Below, piece by piece: positions 29,477 to 38,351 of a stretch of 64,000 bases of DNA. The notes beneath the pieces are model-generated. The model saw nothing but the letters and a program-made list of their open reading frames with translations. It had not been told where the DNA came from and did no database searches. The position numbers and the translations under genes were made by a program. This DNA is from an uncultured Ignavibacteriaceae bacterium (GTDB lineage Bacteria; Bacteroidota; Ignavibacteria; Ignavibacteriales; Ignavibacteriaceae). Numbering within the stretch: the stretch's first letter is position 1; each line of letters begins with the position of its first letter. The stretch covers positions 88,740 through 152,739 of the forward strand of contig CAZEWJ010000001.1 in assembly GCA_964515875.1 (NCBI GenBank). The letters run 5' to 3'.

Positions 29477-31233
29477 GAGTAATAGCTGAGAAACCATACA
29501 TTCATGAAAATGTTTTGGATCTCTTTGGAAAGGAATTTAAGTTTGACCATGCTAAGGGTATTGCAGAATTATTAAAGAATTCAGTTGATGCATACACTTT
29601 AGAAGATATTTCGGACGAAGAACAACAAATTTTCGTCTTGTTTTCTTTACAAAAGGAAAATATTAAGTCAATTGCTGTATTAGATTTTGTAGGGATGACA
29701 AGAAAAAAGATAGATGAAGCATACAAAAGATGGTTTGATCCTTCTGCTTCAAAGATTGATGCTGAAGCAATTAAAAGAGAAAAACAAACATTGGGTGGAC
29801 ATGGAAATGGTGGCAAATTTTATTTACGTGAAATGTTTAAATACTCAAAGATTGTTACTTACAGGAATGGTAAACTTAATGTTTTTGGGTTTGATATAGA
29901 TAAGCAATATGGAATTTACCATGGTTATAATGATATTCAATCTAATATAGATGAAGCTGTAATATCATCAGGTTTAGAGAAATATCCCCATATTTTTAAT
30001 CATATTAAAGAAATTATCATTAAGAAGAAAAAATTTAGTATGGTAATTGGAGAAGAACCAAAATCTGTTCATGGAACAAATAATATTAAAATATTATTTG
30101 ATAAGTTGACTTCACATCCTCAAGCTCGAAGAATTATCCAAAGGAAAAAAGTTTACTATTCAACAAACTATCTTTCAAATCCAATTCAGCTTACAGTACC
30201 AAAATTAACTCCTAAAAAAAACTTTGAAAAACCTTTCTATTTTGTTTGCCCACAAAAGTTGGTTTATGGTGATGAAATTATAATGTATAAAGACCCTTCA
30301 GAACAAATAACATTGATTTTGCATACATCTGAAGAACCATTGAAGGGTTTCAAGTATAAAGGTCTCAACAGTATTGATTTTCTTGGGGAAGTTGGTGTTT
30401 TAGCCAACTATGAGATTCATGAGCTTGGGGATTATTTTAAATCTTTTTTATATAGTGATTTTGTATATGGGGAGTGTTTCTGCCCAATTATGCAAGAAGA
30501 AGATTATGTTCGGAATGATAGAAGCAAATTTTCAGATGGACCAAAGAAAGAAGTATTATTAGAATGGATTCGTAGCTGTATTGAGGATGTTTGTAATAAA
30601 ATGGAAGAACAAGTGAAAAAAGAACACAAACATCTTAACCTTAAGCAAACATCTGAACTTAATAAGTTACTTAATAAGTGGAAAAACAGATTTTTACAAA
30701 AACTCTTAAAAGAAAGATTGGGAGGTGTGGGCAATTTTGGTGTTGATGGTTCTAAAGAAGTAGGATGGAGTGCTTCTGGTAAAGGAACATCTAAAAATAG
30801 AAATGAGAAGAAGGTCGGAGATAGAGGTGGAACAGAAAAGAAAAGAGGGAGTACTTTCCCTGAAGTTTTAATCTCTGGAATAGACAGTGATCCGGAAACT
30901 GGTGAAATTGTTGAATGCGACCCAAGACATAACGCTACATATCAAAGACCCATAGATGTAAAAAGGGGAATTTATTGGATTAATACTTCAAAAAAATTTG
31001 CCCAACAAATATTAGAAAAATTTGGGCCTGACTCTGTTAGATGGCGTGAATATTTATTCCAAAGATATGTGGATATAATAGTAAAAGAATATCTGATAGA
31101 TATTGGGAAAGTTGAGGTCAATCTTACTAGTGATTTCGTTACTAATGAAATTGAAAAGAAGATATCTGAAATTCTGGATAGTGCTGTAGAAGATTTAGAG
31201 AGATTTTTATTTCAAGAGGAATATAATTTGTAA
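29473..31233 (+). CDS. GHKL (Bergerat-fold, MORC/Hsp90-like) ATPase with an unknown C-terminal region
   Basis: N-box AELLKNSVDA (E32, N36, D39). G1-like VLDFVGM. G2-like LGGHGNGGKFY. Gly/Lys-rich linker at aa 416-460. Confidence 0.65.
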   Translation: MRVIAEKPYIHENVLDLFGKEFKFDHAKGIAELLKNSVDAYTLEDISDEEQQIFVLFSLQKENIKSIAVLDFVGMTRKKIDEAYKRWFDPSASKIDAEAIKREKQTLGGHGNGGKFYLREMFKYSKIVTYRNGKLNVFGFDIDKQYGIYHGYNDIQSNIDEAVISSGLEKYPHIFNHIKEIIIKKKKFSMVIGEEPKSVHGTNNIKILFDKLTSHPQARRIIQRKKVYYSTNYLSNPIQLTVPKLTPKKNFEKPFYFVCPQKLVYGDEIIMYKDPSEQITLILHTSEEPLKGFKYKGLNSIDFLGEVGVLANYEIHELGDYFKSFLYSDFVYGECFCPIMQEEDYVRNDRSKFSDGPKKEVLLEWIRSCIEDVCNKMEEQVKKEHKHLNLKQTSELNKLLNKWKNRFLQKLLKERLGGVGNFGVDGSKEVGWSASGKGTSKNRNEKKVGDRGGTEKKRGSTFPEVLISGIDSDPETGEIVECDPRHNATYQRPIDVKRGIYWINTSKKFAQQILEKFGPDSVRWREYLFQRYVDIIVKEYLIDIGKVEVNLTSDFVTNEIEKKISEILDSAVEDLERFLFQEEYNL

Positions 31234-31254
31234 ATTTTCAAGGATTTATACAAA

Positions 31255-32058
31255 CTATTCTTGTTCCTTCACTTTTCCCGAAACAATCTTTTCAACCATT
31301 CCAGGTCTGATCAAATTCAACCATAATAATATTTTTAATTTTTTGGGGATAACAAGTTCTCTTTTTCTGTTTACCATTCCATTAAGAATTTTTCTGCTGC
31401 ATTCCTGAAGACTTATGGATTCTTTGCTATGTTCTTTTTTAGATTCACCGATCTTTTTCCCATTTTTATCGAAAGCATTTTTTCTTAAATCGGTTCCTCT
31501 AAGCCAATGAGGTTTAACCAGCAAAACATCTACGCCTTTATCTTTTATTTCAATTCTTAAAGTGTTCAAAAATCCGGTTAATCCATGTTTGGAAGCAACG
31601 TATCCTGAATGATAAGGAACTGCAATTTCTCCCTGGATAGATGAGATTGCGGTTATCAAACCTTTACTTTTTTTTAAATAAGGGAGAAAAAGGTGCGTTA
31701 GACGAACTGCACTCAGGTAATTTGTTTCAATTAATTTTTGAAACAAAGATAGATCAGTAACTTCTTCAAACTTTGCCCACATACTTATTCCGGCATTAAG
31801 AACTAAGTGATTAATTGAACTAAAATTATTTATTGTTGTTTCAACTAATCTTTTACAATCTTCCGGTTTAGTTACATCTCCCTGAACGGCAATTGCTTTA
31901 GCCCCTTTTTCATTGCAGGATACTACAACTTCATTCAGTTTATCAATGTTCCGGGAAAAGAGAATTAAATTCGGTTTAAAAGATGCAAGTTCATTTGCAA
32001 GAGCAGCACCAAGTCCTGAAGAAGCCCCTGTAATAACAATATTCTTATTTAAAAACAT
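31255..32058 (-). CDS. Short-chain dehydrogenase/reductase (candidate acyl/alkyl-DHAP reductase)
   Basis: ITGASSGLGAALA cofactor motif and catalytic YVASK. Last gene of a four-gene operon. Confidence 0.8.
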   Translation of the reverse strand: MFLNKNIVITGASSGLGAALANELASFKPNLILFSRNIDKLNEVVVSCNEKGAKAIAVQGDVTKPEDCKRLVETTINNFSSINHLVLNAGISMWAKFEEVTDLSLFQKLIETNYLSAVRLTHLFLPYLKKSKGLITAISSIQGEIAVPYHSGYVASKHGLTGFLNTLRIEIKDKGVDVLLVKPHWLRGTDLRKNAFDKNGKKIGESKKEHSKESISLQECSRKILNGMVNRKRELVIPKKLKILLWLNLIRPGMVEKIVSGKVKEQE

Positions 32059-33790
32059 TTTCTAAATCTTTTTTCTGTAAGCCCCAGTCAAATGGTTTAT
32101 CAATCGGCGGAATAATCTTATCAGGATTCATAATATTATTTGGATCCAGAGAATGCTTCAATCCTCTAACCGCTTTTATTCCGGTTTCAGAAATATCATC
32201 TTTAATCCAGGGCATATGTTCAAACCCAACTGCGTGATGGTGTGATAAAGTAGCTCCTCCTTTTATAAAAGCATCTTCAGCCGCTTTCTTGATTGAGAGA
32301 TATTGTTCAAGCTCGTATCCAGAAACTTGCTGGCAGCCAAAAGTAAAATAAAGACTCGCACCAGTATGATACGTATGGCTTATATGACATCCTAAAAATC
32401 CTGTTTTTACTGTTTTCTTAATTGACTTTTCAATCGCTTCCACAGTGGAATAATACAGTGGAAGAAGATTACTCCATACTGTTGAAGTTTCACTAACATC
32501 AGCCATTATATTTCTATCCATAACATAATCGCGAAGGTAAGGGAAATCATATTTCCCTTTTTCAAAAGCTTTGCCTGGTTCAGTGCCAAGATTAAAAGCA
32601 CCATGCTTTTTATAAATTTTATTCACTTTTCTTTTCATATCAGAAAAATTTTCTTTATCTCCTTCAAATACAGTAAGCAAAAGGCAAACTTTATCAAAAT
32701 CAAACTTCTTAATATTCCTTAAATAAGATTTAACAACTTTGCCAAGTAAAGATTTTAATGATGATGACGATTTTGATCTGTAAGCAAAAGATAAAGCTGT
32801 TTTACCAGGATCATTCAATCTTGTAACAACCGGGGCACAATATTTTTCAACACATTCATAAACAGCATTAACTCCGCTTTCAAAGTCGGGGAAAAGATAT
32901 CCATAAGGTACTCTGTATTGAGGAAGTTTATGCACGCGCATTACAGCTTCTGTAATTACTCCAAGCGTTCCTTCACTTCCGATACAAATATGGTTAACAT
33001 CAATTCCGTTAGAAGATTTAGGTACAGTGCGTGTAACTATTGTGCCGTTTGGTGTAACCATTCGGAGAGAGAGAACCATATCTTCAATCTTTCCATATTT
33101 ATCACTCTGCATTCCCGCTGATCTTGTAGCAATCCAACCACCAATAGTTGAATACTCAAATGAATCCGGAAAATGACCAAGTGTAACTCCATACGAATTA
33201 AGCTGCTTTTCCATTAAAGGGCCTAAAGCACCGGCTTGTATTCTTGCTGTATTTGATTGTTTATCAACGCTGATAACTTTATCCATCAGCTTCATATCAA
33301 GAGAAACTATCATTCTTCCGCTGCCGTTATTTGCTTCAAGGCATCCGGCAATATTTGAACCTGCACCGAAAGGGATAACAACTACATCAAAATCTAAAGC
33401 AGCTTTTATTATGTTTGAAATTTCATCTTCAGATAAAGGATAAATAACACAATCTATAGATGCATTAATAATACCGTTTCTTATTCTCCAAAGATCTCTG
33501 AAACTTTTTCCGTAAGAATGAATTACTCTCTCTTTCTTATCAAATTTAAATCTATCAGGATCAATAAAAGATTTTATATGATTAAGGAATTTATCATTTA
33601 ATGTTTGCTGAGGAAGTTCTATTTCTTCAAATTTGAATGGAGGAGTTAATTTAACTTCGCCTTCAATTCCCACAACATTTTTAATATAGGGCCAAAGCTC
33701 AGGTTTATCATCCATATTGAACCCGATATTTTCGCCTCCCCATCCCCACCATTTCATTTGCTCTACGCTAAGCATTCCTCTCACCATCAT
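32045..33790 (-). CDS. FAD-linked oxidase, alkyl-dihydroxyacetonephosphate synthase (AGPS)-like
   Basis: N-terminal MKWWGWGG motif, which I recall as typical of AGPS homologues. FAD-binding PCMH-type domain (VIPFGAGSNIAG). 581 aa. Confidence 0.7.
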   Translation of the reverse strand: MMVRGMLSVEQMKWWGWGGENIGFNMDDKPELWPYIKNVVGIEGEVKLTPPFKFEEIELPQQTLNDKFLNHIKSFIDPDRFKFDKKERVIHSYGKSFRDLWRIRNGIINASIDCVIYPLSEDEISNIIKAALDFDVVVIPFGAGSNIAGCLEANNGSGRMIVSLDMKLMDKVISVDKQSNTARIQAGALGPLMEKQLNSYGVTLGHFPDSFEYSTIGGWIATRSAGMQSDKYGKIEDMVLSLRMVTPNGTIVTRTVPKSSNGIDVNHICIGSEGTLGVITEAVMRVHKLPQYRVPYGYLFPDFESGVNAVYECVEKYCAPVVTRLNDPGKTALSFAYRSKSSSSLKSLLGKVVKSYLRNIKKFDFDKVCLLLTVFEGDKENFSDMKRKVNKIYKKHGAFNLGTEPGKAFEKGKYDFPYLRDYVMDRNIMADVSETSTVWSNLLPLYYSTVEAIEKSIKKTVKTGFLGCHISHTYHTGASLYFTFGCQQVSGYELEQYLSIKKAAEDAFIKGGATLSHHHAVGFEHMPWIKDDISETGIKAVRGLKHSLDPNNIMNPDKIIPPIDKPFDWGLQKKDLENVFK

Positions 33791-34517
33791 TCTTTAATTC
33801 ATGAACTCTTTTCTCAAGCTCTTCAGTTATTTTTTTGTAAGCCTGAAAGTTATTCCCTTCAGAGTCATCATTACAAACATATTCGCTTGGTAAAATAGGC
33901 TTGCCAATCCTTATTGTAATTCTTGAAGGCCTCATAAAAATTTTTTCTTTTGGCCAGGCGTTAAATGATCCTGTAATACAAGCAGGGACTATTTGCAAAC
34001 CAAGTTCAGCGGAAATCATTGCCAGTCCTTTTTTGAAAGGATAAATCTTTCCGGTTAATGACCGGGTTCCTTCAGGATAAATTATGAGGCTGCGGTTTCC
34101 TGCTCTTGTAAATTCTCTGCAGGCTGCAAGATAATTGATCATGGATTTCCTGTCAGCTTCCCTGTCAATAGGTATTAAGTTCATCAGCAGGTTAAGGTAA
34201 TATTTTCTTTTATCGTTATCAAAAAAATAATCTTTAGCTGCCATCATTGCAAAGTTTTTAAAAGGCAATCCTGATGCAACCATTAAAATCCCGCTGTCCA
34301 TATGGCTGTTATGATTGCTGCAAAAAATAAACGAAGAAGATTTTGGAATATTTTCTCTGCCAATTATTTTTAATGGACAATAAACTGTAAAAAGGATTTT
34401 ACAATAGATTTCAAAAATTTTTTTTATTGATTTACCAAGAAGATCGGGTTTTTTCAAAACATGAGAATACTCAGGAGGAACTATTGCACTCTCCAGTTCA
34501 GAACGAATTGAAATCAC
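33768..34517 (-). CDS. PlsC-type (lyso)phospholipid/DHAP acyltransferase
   Basis: HX4D motif NHNSHMDSG and IYPEGTRS motif. Confidence 0.8.
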   Translation of the reverse strand: MISIRSELESAIVPPEYSHVLKKPDLLGKSIKKIFEIYCKILFTVYCPLKIIGRENIPKSSSFIFCSNHNSHMDSGILMVASGLPFKNFAMMAAKDYFFDNDKRKYYLNLLMNLIPIDREADRKSMINYLAACREFTRAGNRSLIIYPEGTRSLTGKIYPFKKGLAMISAELGLQIVPACITGSFNAWPKEKIFMRPSRITIRIGKPILPSEYVCNDDSEGNNFQAYKKITEELEKRVHELKNDGERNA

Positions 34518-35687
34518 TCATTTTCTCCCATACTTGGCATGTGAAAAAGCAAATTCATCAGAAACAATAGCACCACCAAGAGATAATTCAAGTGCGAGAG
34601 CACAGGCGCATACAATCTCGGCAAGCTTCTTTGAAGAATCTTTGCCGGTACATCCTAAAAGCTCAAGATTTTTTCTTGCCTGTTTTAATCTTGTACCACC
34701 GCCAACCGTACCAACTGTTATTGAAGGCATTGTAATAGTTGCATAGAGATCATCAGAATTTCTTATTTCGTACGAGATACTTCCTCCTGCATTCTCAACA
34801 ACACTTGCAACATCCTGACCTGTTGCCATATAAATTGCGGTAAGAGCATTTGCTACATGCATATTCATTCCGAATATACCTGCTTCCTGCGAACCTCTGG
34901 TACATTGTATCCAGCCGTCAACATATTCTTTTGCAGTAACTCTTAGCAGTCGCCTTAGAAACCTTCCTTCAATAAGAGCACTTCCTACAACATAATGACT
35001 GCGCCCAAGAAGCAACGATTTATAAGCAGGATTTTTATCTCCATTAAAGTTGCTCTCAATATAATATCTGAAACCAGAATCGCATTTATAGTTCTCATTA
35101 ATAAACCTGCAGGCTTTGTGTGTAGCTATTGTAACCATATTTTGTCCGGAAGCTTCGCAAGTGTTATAAACAAAATCCAGAATAACACTGTTCTGAGAGG
35201 GGTATTTATCAATTCTTAAAAGTTTGCCGTAATTTGTAGTGGATTCTGCTTCTCTTTTAATCACTTCAAAATGTTCATCAATCCAGGAAGTAAACGGTTT
35301 GCTCTTATCAATATCTTTAAAAATAAATATTGGAGATCTTGATAATTCCTGTTTTATATGATTTGTTTTAATGCCTCCGGAAAGATGTGTAAGAAATAAA
35401 CCTCTCGTCATAGACATTGTTAAAGTCCCTTCGAGAGTGCAAAGAGGAATGTAGTATTCTCCTTTAGCATATGTACCACTGATTAATAATGGTCCGGCTA
35501 TAGCCAAAGGAAGATGCATAAAACCAACATGATTTTCGATTATTCCCCTGAAATCTTCCGGGTTATCAGGACCAGCTTCATTAAGGTGAAAACCGGTTTT
35601 CTTTTCCAGCCACTCCTTTCTTTTTTCAGTATCTTCTTTTTTATATCCGCGTGGCGGCAGAATTTCGCTCATTAGTGTCTTCTCCAA
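34518..35687 (-). CDS. HMG-CoA reductase family protein (soluble, 389 aa)
   Basis: IENHVGFMHLPLAIAGPL, CTLEGTLTMS, GDKNPA, TVGTVGGGT and C-terminal SHAKYGR, corresponding to HMGR catalytic-region motifs. Confidence 0.75.
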   Translation of the reverse strand: MEKTLMSEILPPRGYKKEDTEKRKEWLEKKTGFHLNEAGPDNPEDFRGIIENHVGFMHLPLAIAGPLLISGTYAKGEYYIPLCTLEGTLTMSMTRGLFLTHLSGGIKTNHIKQELSRSPIFIFKDIDKSKPFTSWIDEHFEVIKREAESTTNYGKLLRIDKYPSQNSVILDFVYNTCEASGQNMVTIATHKACRFINENYKCDSGFRYYIESNFNGDKNPAYKSLLLGRSHYVVGSALIEGRFLRRLLRVTAKEYVDGWIQCTRGSQEAGIFGMNMHVANALTAIYMATGQDVASVVENAGGSISYEIRNSDDLYATITMPSITVGTVGGGTRLKQARKNLELLGCTGKDSSKKLAEIVCACALALELSLGGAIVSDEFAFSHAKYGRK

Positions 35688-36107
35688 ACCTTTATTTCAA
35701 GTACTAAGCAATATTATTGAACCACTTTTAATTTAATAAGAAAATAGAATAAGTAATACCCTTTTGCTTCTTTAAAATAAAGCCTCTCCTAATAAAGTGC
35801 ATTAAAATTTTTTTAAAGTTTTTGAACCTCCTTTAAGAAATTTTTATCCTTTAAAAACTCCGGATAAAGAAACTATTCTTTGATCAGAGATTGTTTAAGT
35901 TGAAGTAAATAGCAGGGTAAATTTTACGCCCTTCTATAGAAAAATATTTCGTAAATGATTAACAGCAAACCCCTCTCTATCAATTATTCATTGACCCAAA
36001 TGTATAAATCATAACAATATGATACAGATATAATTGTAATAAAATTAAGCTTTTACGTAAATAGAAAATAAGAGCAGTGGCATAATTCATGTCTTTCACC
36101 TAACAGA

Positions 36108-36353
36108 ATGAAAAAAGAATTAAAAGAGTTAAACAAAAAAGAGACTTATATGTACGTCGGACAAAAAATGGAAGAAGTTCGTCAGTTGATAAAAAAAGTT
36201 ATTGAACTTGAATATAAGAATGCCCTTAACAAAGGATTATTAGATTCACGTTCCGTATCCAATAAAATCTGGAACCTTCTGATTGATAAGGATGCCTTGC
36301 ATATACCGGCACCAGAAGGAGCTTCAGGATGTTATGAGAATACTGAAGACTAA
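36108..36353 (+). CDS. Hypothetical protein (81 aa)
   Basis: ORF only. No motif recognised. Confidence 0.3.
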   Translation: MKKELKELNKKETYMYVGQKMEEVRQLIKKVIELEYKNALNKGLLDSRSVSNKIWNLLIDKDALHIPAPEGASGCYENTED

Positions 36354-36450
36354 ATTTGATCAACTTATACCTTGCTAACCTCTTACTTCCGCAAGAATGT
36401 CAAAACACTCTGAGGGGAATTATCTCACCTTGTAAAAAGGAATACTCAGA

Positions 36451-36828
36451 ATGAAAATAAAATCTAAAGCTAATAAGCTGTATCAGAAAGCTCTCGAATA
36501 TTACAGTAAAGGCAACTGCAAAAAATTGCTTAACAATTATAAAGGAGCAATTGCTGATTTTACCATGGCAATAAAATATAATCCAAAATTTGCAGAAGCA
36601 TATTTCAAACGGGCAAATACCAGATTAATTTTGAATGATACAAACGGAGCTCAAAGAGATTATGATAAAGCTATTGAATTGAAACCATACTTTGCTGAAG
36701 CTTTAATCAACAGGGGTATTACAAAAATGAATGAAGGTAATGTTGAAGGTAGTCAAAAAGATTTTCTTAAAGCTGGAAAACTTGGTTTTATGAATGCTTT
36801 TTCTGTAAGAAAGGATATATACAGATAG
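36451..36828 (+). CDS. TPR-repeat protein
   Basis: Three TPR-like units (A..DF..AI..NP.FAEAYF.RA / A..DYDKAIELKPYFAEALINRG). Confidence 0.7.
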   Translation: MKIKSKANKLYQKALEYYSKGNCKKLLNNYKGAIADFTMAIKYNPKFAEAYFKRANTRLILNDTNGAQRDYDKAIELKPYFAEALINRGITKMNEGNVEGSQKDFLKAGKLGFMNAFSVRKDIYR

Positions 36829-36859
36829 AAATCAAATCTCAGATTTAACCACACTCTCA

Positions 36860-36886
36860 TCCCGCCCAAAAGCGGGACACACTTTT
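36860..36886 (+). terminator. GC hairpin tcccgc-ccaaaa-gcggga followed by cacactttt
   Basis: Read directly. A 5-nt spacer precedes the T tract. Same tcccgc/gcggga stem type as in 8671-8686. Confidence 0.5.
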
Positions 36887-37153
36887 AAAAATTGATACAT
36901 CCTCAAATATTCAATGGTATCAATTTTGCCTTTCTATATATAAACACTCTTATATCTCTGCTTAAAATCTTGGTTAAGCGTTAATTTTAAAGTTAACTAA
37001 GTCAGAGAGACAACATCTTAAAAATTTTGAACAGCAAAAAGGATATTCAGGGGTAAAAATTTCCTGTACAATCTTCTTAATCTCATTTTAGGCTGAGAGA
37101 AAAAACGCCGTTTAATAAGTAAAGTTTTTGTTTGATACAATCCCGGAGTCACT

Positions 37154-38068
37154 ATGAAAAAGGTATATTACTTTTCAAAAGAAAAGCTGCAATATTTAGA
37201 AATAAAAAATTTTAAGTTTAAGCTTGCTGTAACAATAGGTTCAGCAGTTGTAATAATTAGCTTAATTTTATGTGGGGGCTATTCATACATCTTTTCCTTA
37301 ATTAATTCAAATCGTGATGTTAATCTATTAAGAAATGAAAACGAGATATTAAAAGAAAGGCTTGCGGATATTGTATCACTTTATGGTGATTTAAATAAAG
37401 AACTTGATAGCCTTGTTACTCAAAATGAAGAATTAAGAATAGCCGCAAATCTTCCTCCTGTATCGGAAGAAGAAAGATTGCTCGGCTTTGGCGGCGGCTC
37501 TTTTGATAATTCACTTGAATTTTTAAACTCACCTAATTCTATTGAAATTAAAAAAGCTGCGGAACTTACCGAGGAGTTAACACGGAAAATCTATTTTGAA
37601 AAATCCAACTATAATGAAATAGCAAATAAGTTAAATGAGAATAAAGAGTTTTATTCTTCCATGCCTGCTCTAAAACCTTGCAACGGCTCATTTGCCTACC
37701 ACGGCTTTGGAATGAGAATGCATCCTATACTAAATAAAGTAAGAATGCATGAAGGAATTGATATTATAACCGAAGTTGGAACCAAGGTTATTTCTTCAGG
37801 AAAAGGTAAGGTTGCATTTGCGGGATACAGAGGATCGTACGGTTTAACAGTTGAAATTGATCATGGTTTTGGATACAGAACATTGTATGCTCACCTTTCA
37901 AGGTCGCTTGTTAAAAAAGGGGAAACAGTAAACCGCGGAGATCTTATTGCAACAACAGGAAATACGGGTTTATCTACAGGACCTCATCTTCATTATGAAG
38001 TTGAGCATGATGGAGTTAAACAAGATCCGGTGAAATTTATTTTTGATGATATAGACCTTTTTGATTAA
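37154..38068 (+). CDS. M23-family metallopeptidase with an N-terminal TM segment and coiled coil
   Basis: HEGIDI and GNTGLSTGPHLHYEV motifs. Confidence 0.85.
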   Translation: MKKVYYFSKEKLQYLEIKNFKFKLAVTIGSAVVIISLILCGGYSYIFSLINSNRDVNLLRNENEILKERLADIVSLYGDLNKELDSLVTQNEELRIAANLPPVSEEERLLGFGGGSFDNSLEFLNSPNSIEIKKAAELTEELTRKIYFEKSNYNEIANKLNENKEFYSSMPALKPCNGSFAYHGFGMRMHPILNKVRMHEGIDIITEVGTKVISSGKGKVAFAGYRGSYGLTVEIDHGFGYRTLYAHLSRSLVKKGETVNRGDLIATTGNTGLSTGPHLHYEVEHDGVKQDPVKFIFDDIDLFD

Positions 38069-38139
38069 AACATAAAACTATTTCTTTAATTCTTTCTCTA
38101 TCCCGTTTCAGACACTGAAAAAAATAATACGGAGGTGTT

Positions 38140-38337
38140 ATGGGTATAATAAATGAGAAAGTTCTGGCAGTCGCGGTTATCGGTGTTCTTTATGCACTTA
38201 CCTGGATGATGAAGCCGCAAACAATGCTGATAATGATTATAAATACTATACTTGGAATTGTTACAATAATCTGGGCTTTGGATTTTTTCGGTTTGTACCC
38301 TCTTTCTAAGATAATCCCGATTAATTTTTATAGTTAA
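38140..38337 (+). CDS. Small two-TM membrane protein
   Basis: GGAGG Shine-Dalgarno. Two hydrophobic helices. No family recognised. Confidence 0.4.
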   Translation: MGIINEKVLAVAVIGVLYALTWMMKPQTMLIMIINTILGIVTIIWALDFFGLYPLSKIIPINFYS

Positions 38338-38351
38338 ATCTAAATCTGAGT

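Noticed and set aside
29284-29816. Two minus-strand ORFs (29284-29550, 29502-29816) antisense to genes B and C of the candidate system
   Set aside because: These are low-complexity, Ser/Phe/Lys-rich shadow ORFs of the kind expected opposite AT-rich coding sequence, with no motifs. The same reasoning applies to the other antisense or out-of-frame ORFs in the track, for example 1192-1470, 2272-2604, 9981-10274, 19408-19918, 20853-21242, 39015-39693, 53833-54448 and 62364-62959.
26029-31254. The candidate system as part of a recognisable integrated island (prophage, ICE or transposon)
   Set aside because: No integrase or transposase, no flanking direct repeats and no adjacent tRNA were found. 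It may still be a horizontally acquired cassette, but the sequence alone does not show it.
34518-35687. HMG-CoA reductase as evidence of a mevalonate pathway
   Set aside because: No other mevalonate gene is present in the window, and the gene is translationally linked to ether-lipid-type enzymes. The pathway assignment is therefore left open (see the finding).
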